This document shows positions 25,482 through 38,199 of a DNA stretch of 44,357 bases, in pieces. The stretch's first letter is position 1. Each line of letters opens with the position of its first letter. The notes beneath the pieces were generated by a model. The model made no database searches, was not told the origin of the DNA, and worked only from the letters and a program-made list of their open reading frames with translations. Where the stretch lies: NCBI RefSeq assembly GCF_001194135.2, contig NC_068993.1, positions 13,799,633-13,843,989 on the forward strand, written 5' to 3'. The position numbers were made by a program, and so were the translations under genes. Source of the DNA: Octopus bimaculoides. Its lineage: Eukaryota.

Positions 25482-25672
25482 GGCGGCAATCTGGTAGAGT
25501 CTTCAGCACATCGAGCAAAATGCTTAACAGTGTTTCCTCCGTCATTACCTGCTGAGTCGACTTTGCCGTTCATCCCTTTCAAAGTTGATAAAATAATTGC
25601 CAGTAGAGCACTGCGGTCAATGTACTCAACGTGCTCTTCCTCCGAAATTGCTGGCCTTGTGACAAAATTTCC
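25482..25672 (+). mobile_element. SINE family A copy in tandem with the previous one, internally deleted
   Basis: GGCGGCAATCTGGTAGAGTC..AAAATGCTTAAC..GTCGACTTTGCCGTTCATCC..AAATTGCTGGCCTTGTGACAAAATTT. Confidence 0.8.
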
Positions 25673-26894
25673 AAAAATATATTTTTAGTTTACAATGTTA
25701 CAAAGAAGTTGGTCAAACACATTCAAAGAATCACCAGAACGGTTCAAAGTCAAGAGTTTCGCCATTCACTTATCATTATTTATTTGCAATAGGACTGATA
25801 AATATATCTGTACTTGTTAAAGTCTTTTAGTGGTACAGACAAAGACAGCTATGATTAAGTATAACCCACCTATGAACATTTTAGCCTTCGACAAAGTATT
25901 GTCTAAGTAAGGCAGGCGATCCATTCGGCAGTAGGAACCGGTTGAATGTAATAATAGAAAAAATGTGGACGCTCTTTTAGCAAGGTGCTGGGTCACTACA
26001 AGTTACATCTTTGTGTAAGAATAATATAACAATTAATAATCGAATGCCTACTTGGCAAGAATGTTTCCCTGATATTATTTTACGTAGGTTCAATTGATGC
26101 CCATTAAACTTGACATTCCACGAAGTTTGGCACATTAGAATTACAACCCATTCACATTGACCTCTAACTCACAGACTTACTTAGAACAGTGTAACACAGG
26201 GCAAGAAAATGCAATATCACAAGTAGTTTGGGAACAGCCACAATAAAGATGATATCCAATTATAAATGCCTATTTTCATAACTCAACCGAAAACTCATCC
26301 GATGCCCGTAGATGAAGCCATTTGGATAAAACCTATGGCTGCATCTCAAGAAAATTTAGTGTTGTGCTAATTGTAACAATATAACAGATCTCAAGAGTAC
26401 GTCGTTGCAATGTTGGTATCTTCCAGTGCGGAAGAAGATCTACGGAGCGAGCTATTTAATATATAGTGACATACGACTTCTCCACACTTCAATGATAAAT
26501 TTATCCTTTTATCTAATCATGTTGTTGCAACATCAATGCATATCATCACTTTCTGCAGAATTTCTGCACACTGAAGTCGCAATCAGTAATTGTTCGGTGA
26601 TATGAATCAATATAGTATGTTGCGCTTGTTTAACAATATAGCTCATTTGCTTTAAAGCGCAATAGATTTATTTAACATATTTTATGATATAATAGTTGAT
26701 ATTTTTCGTCGCATTACTCAATAAGACAGAAAGAAATGTCTGATTCGGTCGTATACAATTATTAAATTAGCACTGGTGTTTCATACGAATAATTTCATCC
26801 TATTATTATATTGAAAAGAGAATCTCTAAATTATATTCAGATGCACAGCAACTGAAATATAAAAAAAAGAACATAAATACAGAGTTATGTATAT

Positions 26895-26912
26895 GAATAC
26901 ATACATACATAT

Positions 26913-26970
<58 letters not shown>

Positions 26971-26998
26971 ACACACACACACACATATATATATATGT
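26895..26998. repeat. (TACA)/(CA)n/(TA)n microsatellite
   Basis: Directly visible. Confidence 0.95.
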
Positions 26999-27974
26999 AT
27001 GTGTATCAGTTTCTCTCACGCTCTCTGTATATATATATATATATATACAGATATACATGCATGCAAGTGTGTGAGTTTGTGTAAGTGCTGATAGATGTTA
27101 AAATATTTTGGAGTAAAATACAATGTACAATAATTAATATTAAATGCCTGTTGTACTGCGTATAATTGCATGGATCATCGTAAGCTCTGTAGAAAGAGAC
27201 AAAACAAGATGCCGTTTTCCAGAAGGAAATAACGGAATGTAGTTAAGATTTCTATTGTAAAGGAAAAATACAAAAACAAGTTCAGTGAGTCACCTTTCAA
27301 AGTGCTCAAATTCTCGTAGAATTCATTATTGTATATCACGTAATAAATATTAATGTAACTTTTCTATACATTAGTATGATTTTGCTATGAGAGTGTACTG
27401 CCTTGTAAATTTTGACTACATAACAATTAAGACTGTATGCACGGATCTATACGGTTTAATATACTATTAACAACGCACTCTGTGTTGGATAATAAGATAA
27501 AAGGTTATATTGTGCAATTCAAAGCTAAAATTCCCCAAAAAATATTCAGCATTTACACTCTTAGTGTCTTTTCGGTCGTGTTGTTTTACTTGTAATATTT
27601 GAAATGCATTTGGAGTTTGACTAAGCCAGAGAGTATAGACAGTGGAAGAAATCATAACAGATTGTTTATAAAGATACAATATACGATAACAAGTAATACT
27701 TATTATTAACATCAACCCTGATTTAATTTAAATGAGTTTGTCGCTATGAACACGATATTTATTACTGTCAAAAATTCAACAAAATAATATTCTTGCGTTT
27801 AAAGTTGATAAGCCTCTGACTATTTGCCAATATATTTTGCTTATTGAACTTGCGCTGTGTAACTATTTATATGAATCAATTTTGTTAACGAAATGTACGT
27901 GAGCTGTAACAAAATATTTCTCCATAACTCTGCTGTGTCGTCCATTCTTTCTTTCTCTCTCTCCCCCTCTCTCT

Positions 27975-28026
<52 letters not shown>

Positions 28027-31000
28027 GTAGCAGACAAAATATAAACTACTGTATAATTCCGTAAATTCAAATGACGTATTGTATAGTTTTGACATTAAGT
28101 TAATCGACTATTTCTTGCACTAAATAACTCAAATGGGATCATGAGATACTTTGGTTAAGAAAAGCTGTATGCTTTTGCTATCCATGCAGTCATCGAAAGA
28201 TGTGATTAGCGATTACACTAATCCTTAATGGCGGTGCAAAAGGCTATGTCAGTTACTGACATGACTTTTATACACGATATACCTGTGTATGTTACTGTTA
28301 CTAATTTTATCGTTTGCTTAACTATAAAAATGGACACGAATAATACCCTATTATGTATTTATTTCCCTCTCGATTTGTAGCTTATTTTACTAAACTCTAA
28401 AACCCTAATTACCACATTTAAGTATGTCTTTAAAAGAAATATACAGTTCCCATTTTTCATCTTAAATATTTTCAAGAATTATCTTGTTGTATTGCATTTA
28501 TACATTTAGAATTATAATAATCTCTAAGCAGCAGAAGAAAACATTATCTATCTGTCTTCGAAAAGGAAAATACGAAAAATATTCTTCCTTCATATTCTTG
28601 TATTGGTCGCTGTATCTTTAATTTCAATTTCTCATGATTTTTAAATGCATTAACAGATTTTACTCAAGACTGCCAGGCTAGCATAATCAAATTCTTTCCA
28701 ACAGTTAACTTAATTTGTGTTAGACACTTTATTAAAAAGCTATTTTTTAATTCAAATTTTCTGTTAGTTAACAGGCAGCATAATTTGCAAAACATCCATT
28801 TAAACGGTTCTTCAATATCTATTCGAAAACAGAAGCAGAAATACATATACGCTTGCTTGTAATTATTTGCTCTATATAGGAAACGTTTCCTAATTGAAAA
28901 AAAATCCAAATTCTTTTTTTCGATTGCAGTTAGAAATAAAACGAAATAGAAATGAATATTTACAAGCACCTAGTATATAACTATACGGAAGTTATGTATA
29001 AGAAATAAATTTATTATAGCTTGATTCACATAAAGTTGACGACGCGAATGAATTGTGTAAGTCAAGTGGAGAAAATTCGAAAGTGTCAACCCGACCTTTC
29101 AGTGATATTGTGACTCACTTTCTTTGCATTATGAAATGTCTAACGCTTACAACAATTGCACAGTGTGCAGTCGTTGTATAGGGATGTTTTGGTGTATGCT
29201 TAGGTGTGGCGTTTTGATATTTGTCTCATCTCATTTAAGTGTGGGATTTCAATGTATTTGTAATTGATATCCGACAAATTTGTGTAAAATCACTTAAGGC
29301 AAATAACAGTATCAATTGATCGTATTGAAATTATTCTTGCTGAATAAATGCGAGTTAAGAGAAGAGGAAGAAAAGGTGAAAACGCCAGGGAAAAAGTGGT
29401 ATAAATACTATCAGAGTGGAAGGGGAGAGCGAAATGTTACCTGAAGAGAAAGTGTGAAGAAATGGCGTATTAATATGAAATTTGTCTTCGAACCACGATC
29501 AGATTTACGTTAACAAGTGGTCAAACCTTTGTATTGAAGATTTTATGACCTTCTAAACAGCTGTCATAATGCAAACCGCTCTCATTTAAATATGGTTCGC
29601 TTCCTAAACACTTATCTTCATAATTCCGATTGGTAAAATATCCCTGATGGCGATCAGTAACACATCATCAACAGTCTTCTTGAAAATGTTACCATTCTTT
29701 AGAGATCACTTGTTCTGCGCGTACGTTCTGCGTACAATTCTCATTGCTGTACTTTAGGCTATAATAGAAGTACTACAGCTTGACGTATTCGCTCGACCTA
29801 TCCACGAATACAATATACTTTTAAAGAAAATGTTCACTTAGTGTTTCACAATCCACATTTTACTTAGTGGATTACAAATACATACACACATATAATTACA
29901 TGAACACACACACACACACAACACAGCTACACAGACACATATACACAAACTTGTAAATATATTTGTATTGCTATTAAGCGCCACAATTTAACATGTTCCT
30001 TCAGTAGAACAATCAGAAAAATAAATTTTTCATTTGTCTTTCTGAGATACATTATTATTTATCTGATATATAAACTGACTGTTTCATCGCTCTGTCTGTG
30101 TGCGAACGATTTATTGAAATGAATATTAAAAGACAGATATATATTGATTAGCTAAAGCTGTAGTTCTTTTAGTACAACATCAACCTACGGAGAAAATAGT
30201 CACTAATACATGAAGTTATCACTGTAAATGTGACTTTTGATAAACATACTGTATTTACTTTATGAGTTGAATTTCAGGACCCTTCAACTCATATGTTAAA
30301 TTCTCATACATTTTAGCATCTACAACAATTTTTGTCATTGTCCTCTGACGTTGATAAATTGTACTGCTTTGTTGCATCGCTTTCTGCATATTGTACGGGT
30401 CTGGCATGGATTTAACATTATCATCATCCTAGCAGCAAACACTCACATATTTCATACACAACATATAAACGATTCGTTCGTTTCCTCGTCTCTAAACGAT
30501 TTATGTTCTAACGCTATGCGGTGTGAATAATACGTATGTAACTTGTTTAAAAAAGTAACTGTCTTTGCTCCACTCAGAGTCGCAGGCGAATAATTAGAGA
30601 ACGAAGCTAGGAATCCTGCTGGATGGCGTGATGCATTTTTCCTATATTGACTTTACTTCCCGTAAAGCACTTCGGTATAAGTGTATGACCAGAGAGATGT
30701 TCTCTGTATGAAAAAAAATCCACGTTCATAAAACAACACATATCCCAAAATACAATTCACTATAACTCCCGGTTAATGAAGTACGTTGTTGTTTGATATT
30801 AATATGATCTTGGCTACGATCTGCATGTATCACAAATGCCAAGTACGCTTTCCACACAAAGCGTAAATTCAACTATAATTTTGACTCCCTATCGTTAATA
30901 TACACCAAAAGAAATTGGTAACAAATAGCAGGGGAAAGATTCTCTTTATAATATTTTATATCCTACGCGTGAAATACACACGTTATGCAAGCATCTCAGG

Positions 31001-31227
31001 TTAGCAACCCTCACCGAAATAATCTCCAGAGGTTTGAAATAAATAAAGCAAAAACGACCACTTGAAGTGAAAGAATACTCCTTAAATTATTTTACAAACA
31101 CATTGTTTTTGAACCAGTCCCATTAGGAAACTTTATATATACATATATATANNNNNNNNNNNNNNNNNNNNNNNNNNNNNTATATATATATTGATGTCAA
31201 TATTCCTATTGTGTATGTATGAATGTG

Positions 31228-31368
31228 TACTGTTTTGTTTGTGCTTTCGTCCCGACGGCTTGAGAACTGGACTAAATGCGTATCAGACATTAAAATAAAT
31301 CGGTCTTTTAGAGTAAAACATTCAAAGTTGTGTCCCAATATGGCTGCAGTCCAATGACAAGTAACGTA
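31228..31368 (+). mobile_element. SINE family B 3' fragment
   Basis: CTTGAGAACTGG..CCCAATATGGCTGCAGTCCAATGAC matches the family B 3' end seen inverted at 24838 and 17700. Confidence 0.55.
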
Positions 31369-31984
31369 TGAAGTGCGGCCGATAATTCCAGACAAGCTTT
31401 TGTTACATACACAACAGCGAAGCATAACTTTTCTTGTTCTTACCGAAGTAGTAATAGAAGACTCACTAAGTAAAATGTTGAATACTATACGTTGATTATT
31501 CACGAAATATACAATTGTATATCTCTATGACAATCAGTGTACAATTTTGAAATATCTCAACTAATAACGTTATGTTACATAATAGAGTAATAAAAGCAGC
31601 GGAATATGTCATGTATTTTCTGATATTCATGAGAAATTTCCATGAATGTTATCGTCAATTAGGCCTCATTTGCTATAAATGTATGAAGACATCATATGAA
31701 GTACTTAACACTACGTCGAAAGCGGACTTCATTGGTTAGATTCTCTATATATGATTTACACATCTATTTGCAGATCTTCCAGACAGTATGCGTACATTGT
31801 GATAATTTAAGATAGATACTCAAGTCTGTTAATCAAATAAGTTATTGTAATAAATATGTTAGATGTCTCTATTGGAAAGTGTTGTAACTAACGTAGAAAA
31901 ATGTTCGTTATTTTGTTTTGAAAATTTTCATACATTATTTCATTTGAAGGTGAATATATTATTTAATCTGAGTGGTGATATATA

Positions 31985-32078
31985 GGCGTGGTTGTGTAAT
32001 AAGAGGCATGCATTCCAAACGTGTGGTCTCCATTTCAGTCCCACTGCACTGCACCATCGACATGCGTTTTCCACTACT
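31985..32078 (+). mobile_element. SINE family B head fragment
   Basis: GGCGTGGTTGTGTAATAAGAGGC..TTCAGTCCCACTGCACTGCACC aligns to 12550-12620. Confidence 0.6.
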
Positions 32079-32148
32079 GAAACACACGCACACACGCATT
32101 TATACACGCATTTATATATATATATATATGAGTACACCTTTACACACG

Positions 32149-32216
32149 TATAAATGTAAATGTACACACATGCATACACACATATAAATATAAATGTACA
32201 CACATGCATACACACA
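32149..32216. repeat. 34-bp tandem duplication
   Basis: TATAAATGTAAATGTACACACATGCATACACACA followed by TATAAATATAAATGTACACACATGCATACACACA. Confidence 0.9.
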
Positions 32217-33560
32217 GGAGCGCCTGTGTGTACAAACACGCCTCAGTGTTTGTCTACGTACGTGTGAGTGTGCAGTCATATATATATATATATATATATT
32301 TATATTCATATATATTCATAAAATTTCAATGGAAAAACAATTGAAAAATAATACACTTAGTTAGACAAGAGAAGGCCTGTACCTGAAAGGCGTGGAAATA
32401 TAAATCACGAAACACAAAATGCAAGAGAAACAATGAAAACCTAAATGAAAGTTACTATATCAATGGAAGAAACCGAAAGATATATGATATTTCGGGTGAT
32501 GCTCTTTGCAAGAATTGAGGCATCAAGAAGAGATACAAATCTGTATGATACTAATTATGACGTCTGGTTACAAAGCAAGTCTGCGGTGGAATGGTTTCTA
32601 CTTTTAATTGAAGCAGAAGTCTTGTACAGTGGTGGAAATCAGAATTTGTGTTTGGGAGTATGGTCCGATGGAAAGAGTTGATATAAAGCGGTATTATCTA
32701 ATTCCCTGAGAACTTGCTGGCCCTACACCACCATCCGCCATCTTCATGTATAATGAATATTCGTCTTAATAGTTAACTCCATTTTGTAATAACACTTCTT
32801 TTGTTCATCAATGGAGGATTTGTAAATACGACGTCTGCAGAAACAACCGACACTGATAATGTTAAGGATGTTCTAATAAGATTTTAGTTTACTAATACAC
32901 AGTTCTCTTCTTTTCTTCATTTTCTTCATCTCTTATTCTTGTAAGAATTTCAAATTCTCCATCCCGTTATATTCGTTGATTTCTTCAATATCAACTCAGG
33001 TATGTATTTATTGTTGAATGTAATAGTAGTTTATTCACTATTTGGTAGATTTTAATCAATATCTTGAAAATTATGCTGCCCAAAGATTTGTAAAATATTT
33101 ACTATTACAATAATATATGTGACACTACCAAGAACTTTAAGCTGAGTTGCATTAATGCACACTGCGTTGCTGATCGATACGCAGAAATCTGTAAGGAATT
33201 ATGCCCTTAAAACTGTGGTAGGTCGCGAATGTATTGTCTCTAATTCTGGGGTTGGTTGGTCAGTGTTCATCTGGTTCAAATCAATGCCAGTAAAAATATA
33301 ACGCAAAGATGTGTATATAAAAAAAAAAAAACAGTCATGTGCACCAATATTGCTGAAAGAACGTCGTACATTACCTCGTTATATAAGAACAATTTTTTTT
33401 TATATAATATATTTGAATATCAAATGTGTAGCATGTCAATGTTTGTATAGCTCCGAAGCATCTAAGAGAAGTTAGATAATACATATTACGAGGGCATTCC
33501 CATGCCACAGTCGCGAATTATTAATATGTAATACGTTTCAGTTGACGTGAAGCCTGGCTA

Positions 33561-33894
33561 GCGTACCTGGAATTTTGCCTAGTTGTACAGAAAAAGAATT
33601 CTATTGAACAAAGTAGGCTGCATATTTCGTTACGAGAAAATGCATTCCACTACATTGCATTCCTTGTCTTCCATTTGATTTGATGTGCATTGATGTGGAT
33701 ATCGCTTCAAATGTTTCCAGATGAAATGCAATGGTCTTACATAAGAATTGATAATCCGGAAATTCTTGCATAACATGCACACCTACGATATTTGAATCTT
33801 TCTTTTGCTGCAAGTGATAGAGTTTGCACAACGACTTTCCAAGACTGTCATTCAGTAAGCATGAACGAGATCACTTGAAATTTCCAGGCTACAC
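33561..33894 (-). mobile_element. Possible Tc1/mariner-derived non-autonomous element
   Basis: Imperfect inverted ends GCGTACCTGGAATTTT (33561) vs revcomp GTGTAGCCTGGAAATTT (33894). Internal minus-strand QGMQCSGMHF is weakly like Tc1/maT C-termini. No clean TSD. Confidence 0.3.
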
Positions 33895-34071
33895 AGGACA
33901 GCCAGAATTATGAACTAATAGAAACAGACGACATATCGAACACTATAAAATAGGTCTGATGTTTTATATACATACATGCACACATACGTACATAAATACA
34001 TGTATACATACATGCACACTTACATACATATATACATAGATATATGTGTGTGTGTTTATATGTATATGCAA

Positions 34072-34111
<40 letters not shown>

Positions 34112-34164
34112 GAGCGTATAAACACAGACACAAATATAAATACGTATGTATGTATGTATATATA

Positions 34165-34494
34165 NNNNNNNNNNNNNNNNNNNNNNNNNNNNNNNNNNNN
34201 NNNNNNNNNNNNNNNNNNNNNNNNNNNNNNNNNNNNNNNNNNNNNNNNNNNNNNNNNNNNNNNNNNNNNNNNNNNNNNNNNNNNNNNNNNNNNNNNNNNN
34301 NNNNNNNNNNNNNNNNNNNNNNNNNNNNNNNNNNNNNNNNNNNNNNNNNNNNNNNNNNNNNNNNNNNNNNNNNNNNNNNNNNNNNNNNNNNNNNNNNNNN
34401 NNNNNNNNNNNNNNNNNNNNNNNNNNNNNNNNNNNNNNNNNNNNNNNNNNNNNNNNNNNNNNNNNNNNNNNNNNNNNNNNNNNNNNNNNNNNNN
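34165..34494. other. Assembly gap (330 N)
   Basis: N run flanked by (TA)n. Confidence 1.
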
Positions 34495-34959
34495 TATATA
34501 TATATATATATATATATATGAGAAGCAGGTTTTTTTTACACCTTGCTACTTCAAGCAATATTGAAGCTCAGGGCACATGGTCTGTTCAGTTTGTAAAACA
34601 TGACGCTGCTGCATGACAAAACACGGAAAATGCGTGAATAATGTTGGTGCAAAAAGTGGAAGCGTGAATGGAAAAGGGAAAAAGAAGAGAAGACAAATAA
34701 ATTAAGATTTAAGTGCCCTATTATATCTATGGACGGGAGCATTGTAGTGAAAGAACGTATTTGCTTTTTTTATCATCCTTGAAATCTAAATACGGACTTG
34801 CAGATTCTTTATAATTCCAGATATCGCGATCATTCAGATGTGTGAATTAAGGATTTGCGTTTAACAATTCCTTTTGCTGACGATTTGGTACTCATCCCGA
34901 TGCTGTAGTCATACCCGGCATGAAGCTGAAAGTATATCTCGGGTATTATCAATGGTCCA

Positions 34960-35068
34960 TGTATGTATGTATGCTTGCATGACGGCACATATATATGTAT
35001 GTATGCATGTAGGTATGTATGCATGTATGTATGTATGTATGTATGTATGCATGTACGTATGTATGCAT
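34960..35068. repeat. Degenerate (TATG)n
   Basis: Directly visible. Confidence 0.9.
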
Positions 35069-35069
35069 A

Positions 35070-35576
35070 TGCTACAATCACTGCCACCGTTACGGAATTG
35101 CTCCAATACAGTTTTGCAATGAATTTTAATTCATTATACTCTTCGGCGAATCCAATGTCCTCCAGTAGCACCAATCACAGAGCGGCAAACATAACCACTA
35201 GTCAAGAAATTTTCAGTAATAAATTATCCATATTTGCGGGAACAACATTAGTTTCAATTGACTGTACTGAGTGAAAGGTCTTTTTTCTAAATTTAACTCC
35301 AAGTGATTTGTAGCAGTACTTACCATTTACAGTGGAATTACCAGAAATTCTAGAGTTTCACATTGTTAACAATGGCCATAGAGACGGCGCAATGACAATG
35401 GCAAAACCATTGTGCTTACAAATTATGTTGCCAAAGCTGCAATCCCACACGTTGTCCTCATACGTATTACTCTCTTTGCATTCACCTTCATTCTCTTTCA
35501 TTACTTCTCTAATATCTGCACATATGAGTATTTGTATACAGTATGGTACTAACTCTTTTAACTGAAGTGTATTCAC
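35070..35576 (-). mobile_element. Decayed coding remnant, probably LINE AP-endonuclease domain
   Basis: One frame (track ORFs 35358-35576 and 34830-35174 are in register) has only 3 stops in ~170 codons of AT-rich DNA. ICADIREV, KHNGFAIVI, SRIS and KLYWSNS occur in the order expected for APE motifs (LQEV, GVGI, SDRI, LxIxNT). Confidence 0.4.
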
Positions 35577-36165
35577 TATAGTAACAGTATTTGAGTTATT
35601 AGCGTTATGTCAGTAAATCCAAGGAAAGAAGCTGATAATTAATTTATTTTTCTATTTTCTACGTTTGTTCTGTTAAGGGTTGTAAATATAAACTCAGCTA
35701 TAACTTCTTTGATGATATATTACATTTTGTGACTAATGAAATATGTCCTCATCAAGGAATTTAATTATCATATTATTACCCTTACGTGACTCAGGAAACA
35801 TTGCAAAATGGGAAGACCGAAAGATATTGTGGTAGATTTAATACCATTTTTATCTGAAAGCAAACGAAACGTGCAACTATAAAGAACAAATATGAGAGAG
35901 TATAAACATGGGAGACAATGAGCCACTCAAAAGCAATGTCTCCTTATTGTGTCTCGGAGTATTAATCACTGTACATCGTGAACATAAGACAATAATCCAC
36001 TTACCAATTTAGAAGTGGTTTAATGGCAATCAATAAAGGAAATTAAGAAGTTACCGGCGTTCAGTCCTATGTTAATAAAGATATACATACATACATACAT
36101 ACATACCTACTTAGATACATATACATACAAATAGAAATACGTACATATGTATGTATATATATATA

Positions 36166-36363
36166 NNNNNNNNNNNNNNNNNNNNNNNNNNNNNNNNNNN
36201 NNNNNNNNNNNNNNNNNNNNNNNNNNNNNNNNNNNNNNNNNNNNNNNNNNNNNNNNNNNNNNNNNNNNNNNNNNNNNNNNNNNNNNNNNNNNNNNNNNNN
36301 NNNNNNNNNNNNNNNNNNNNNNNNNNNNNNNNNNNNNNNNNNNNNNNNNNNNNNNNNNNNNNN
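36166..36363. other. Assembly gap (198 N)
   Basis: N run flanked by (TA)n. Confidence 1.
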
Positions 36364-37125
36364 TATATAGGTAGGTATGTATTAATGCGTTATATTGTAA
36401 ATGCATGTACGTATACATAAATGTATGGATATATGTATGTGTGTCCTTTAATGTGTTTATTTCAGAACAAATGATAGGGTAATGGAAAATGCACATCCTA
36501 ACGATTATATAATGGGACTTAGATCTTAAGGTAATATGTCATTTGTCTAGGTGGTTGTACATCTATGTACTACCCCGCCTTTCGTAGTTATCTCGCTTTT
36601 CAGGGCACTGCCATTGGCAGTATCGGTTTCCATTCCTAGTTGCATGCATGCCAACAGCTTCTTTTGCTACTGCTCTTTAAGCAGCAGCGCCGCCAAAGGA
36701 TCCCTAATGAAATGGACGATGATATATTCGGACCTACTGTCGTCAAAACAACACTCGCTCATTTTTACATTCTGGCGTTTTGCTGAAATATTTTCAGGAG
36801 AACACACTTCCTGGTAAGGTGATTTGACGTCTATCTTTAGCGTATTAGGAGTCCACTTTGGTGGTCATTCCTTTTAATTTGTATGTAGTATAATTTTTAA
36901 TCTTCGAATTTTTTTAAATATGCTAAACCACTGATTAATATCAATTTCTACCCTCATTATTTAATTTTTAAATAACAACGTTCTCTAATAGGTAATTAGC
37001 TGCAGAAATCTATCAACTGCAGAGTTATTTGCGGCCTCAGCGCCTCAAAATGAAGGCATTTCAAACATATCCCCAAATATAATGTGTGTATGTATATGTG
37101 TGTATGTGTGTGTATATATATATCA

Positions 37126-37161
<36 letters not shown>

Positions 37162-37448
37162 TCAATGTTTATATATATAAGCATATCTACTGCTAGCAGA
37201 TATTACTGTTTGTACATCAGTATCGTCCGCTTTTTCTTGCAGTCGCTGGTATTCATCAATATTGTGGCTTTCGACAGAGGTCTAACGGCCCCCCTGGTCA
37301 TATGGAATTGAGGACGAAGTTATCTCTCCTCACTGCTGCGTTATTTTACCTAGTATTGCAATTGGAGAAGGAACATTTGTTTATTATTCCCGTGATAGAT
37401 GCAGACTTTCAAATATTCTGCACAGTAATTCATTAAATGAATTGTACT

Positions 37449-37790
37449 GCCATGGCTCAGTGATTCGAGCGTTGGTCTAACAGTCACACAGTTGTGAGTT
37501 CGATTCTCGGACCGGGCTGCGTGTTGTAGTCATGAGCAACACACTTGATTTTACGTTACTAAAGTTCATTCAGGTGTAGAAATAAGTCCGACGTCACTGG
37601 TGCCGAGCTGTATCGGCCTTTATCTTTCCGTTAGATAACATCAGTGGCGTGGAGACGGGCTGCTGGTATGCATGGGCGACAGCTGGTCTTGCATAAACCA
37701 CCTTGCCTCGACTTGCACCTCGGAGGTAATATTTCTAGATGTAATCCCATGGTCATTCATGACCGACGAGCGTCTTTTTACTCTTTTATT
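37449..37790 (+). mobile_element. tRNA-derived SINE family D
   Basis: TGGCTCAGTGATTCG (A-box-like) and GAGTTCGATTCTC (B-box-like) head, TGAGCAACACACTT body, T-rich end CGTCTTTTTACTCTTTT. Single copy in the window. Confidence 0.65.
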
Positions 37791-38199
37791 TTCACTCAGA
37801 CGGAGCAAATGAATGATCCGTGTTAATGGTTACACCTTCAGCATATACTGCAGAGAAAGTTCTTATTTCAAGCAATAGTCATCTGGATTCAGGGGAACAT
37901 TTATATCTACAGTGTGTTCGTTCGATCTCATGACACCGATATCTTTCTATCGAAATCCCACGCCCTCCGGAAGGGGTTTCGATAGAAACTTCCAAAAGAA
38001 GTCAATGCATCATGAATCAACAGCTATACACTACAAGATATATACTACACTTCACTGTCATCAACTGACAATGTAGTTACCACTTAAGAGACCTTGCGAC
38101 AATTTGCATATTTGATGTCGTTTGAAACTATGAGTACAATATATTCTACTTCCTGCTACTAACAATCATCAGAATAAAATGAAAGCAGCCACGGAATCT

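Noticed and set aside
26090-26400. Transposase-like peptide fragments
   Set aside because: Multiple stops and no catalytic motif or TIR that I could assign.
36560-36760. P5C-reductase-like ALKSEITTKGG on the minus strand
   Set aside because: A single short motif, an in-frame stop upstream, and flanks that do not match.
8708-37520. tRNA genes at the SINE heads
   Set aside because: A/B-box-like motifs are present but there is no acceptor stem or cloverleaf; all continue into SINE bodies.
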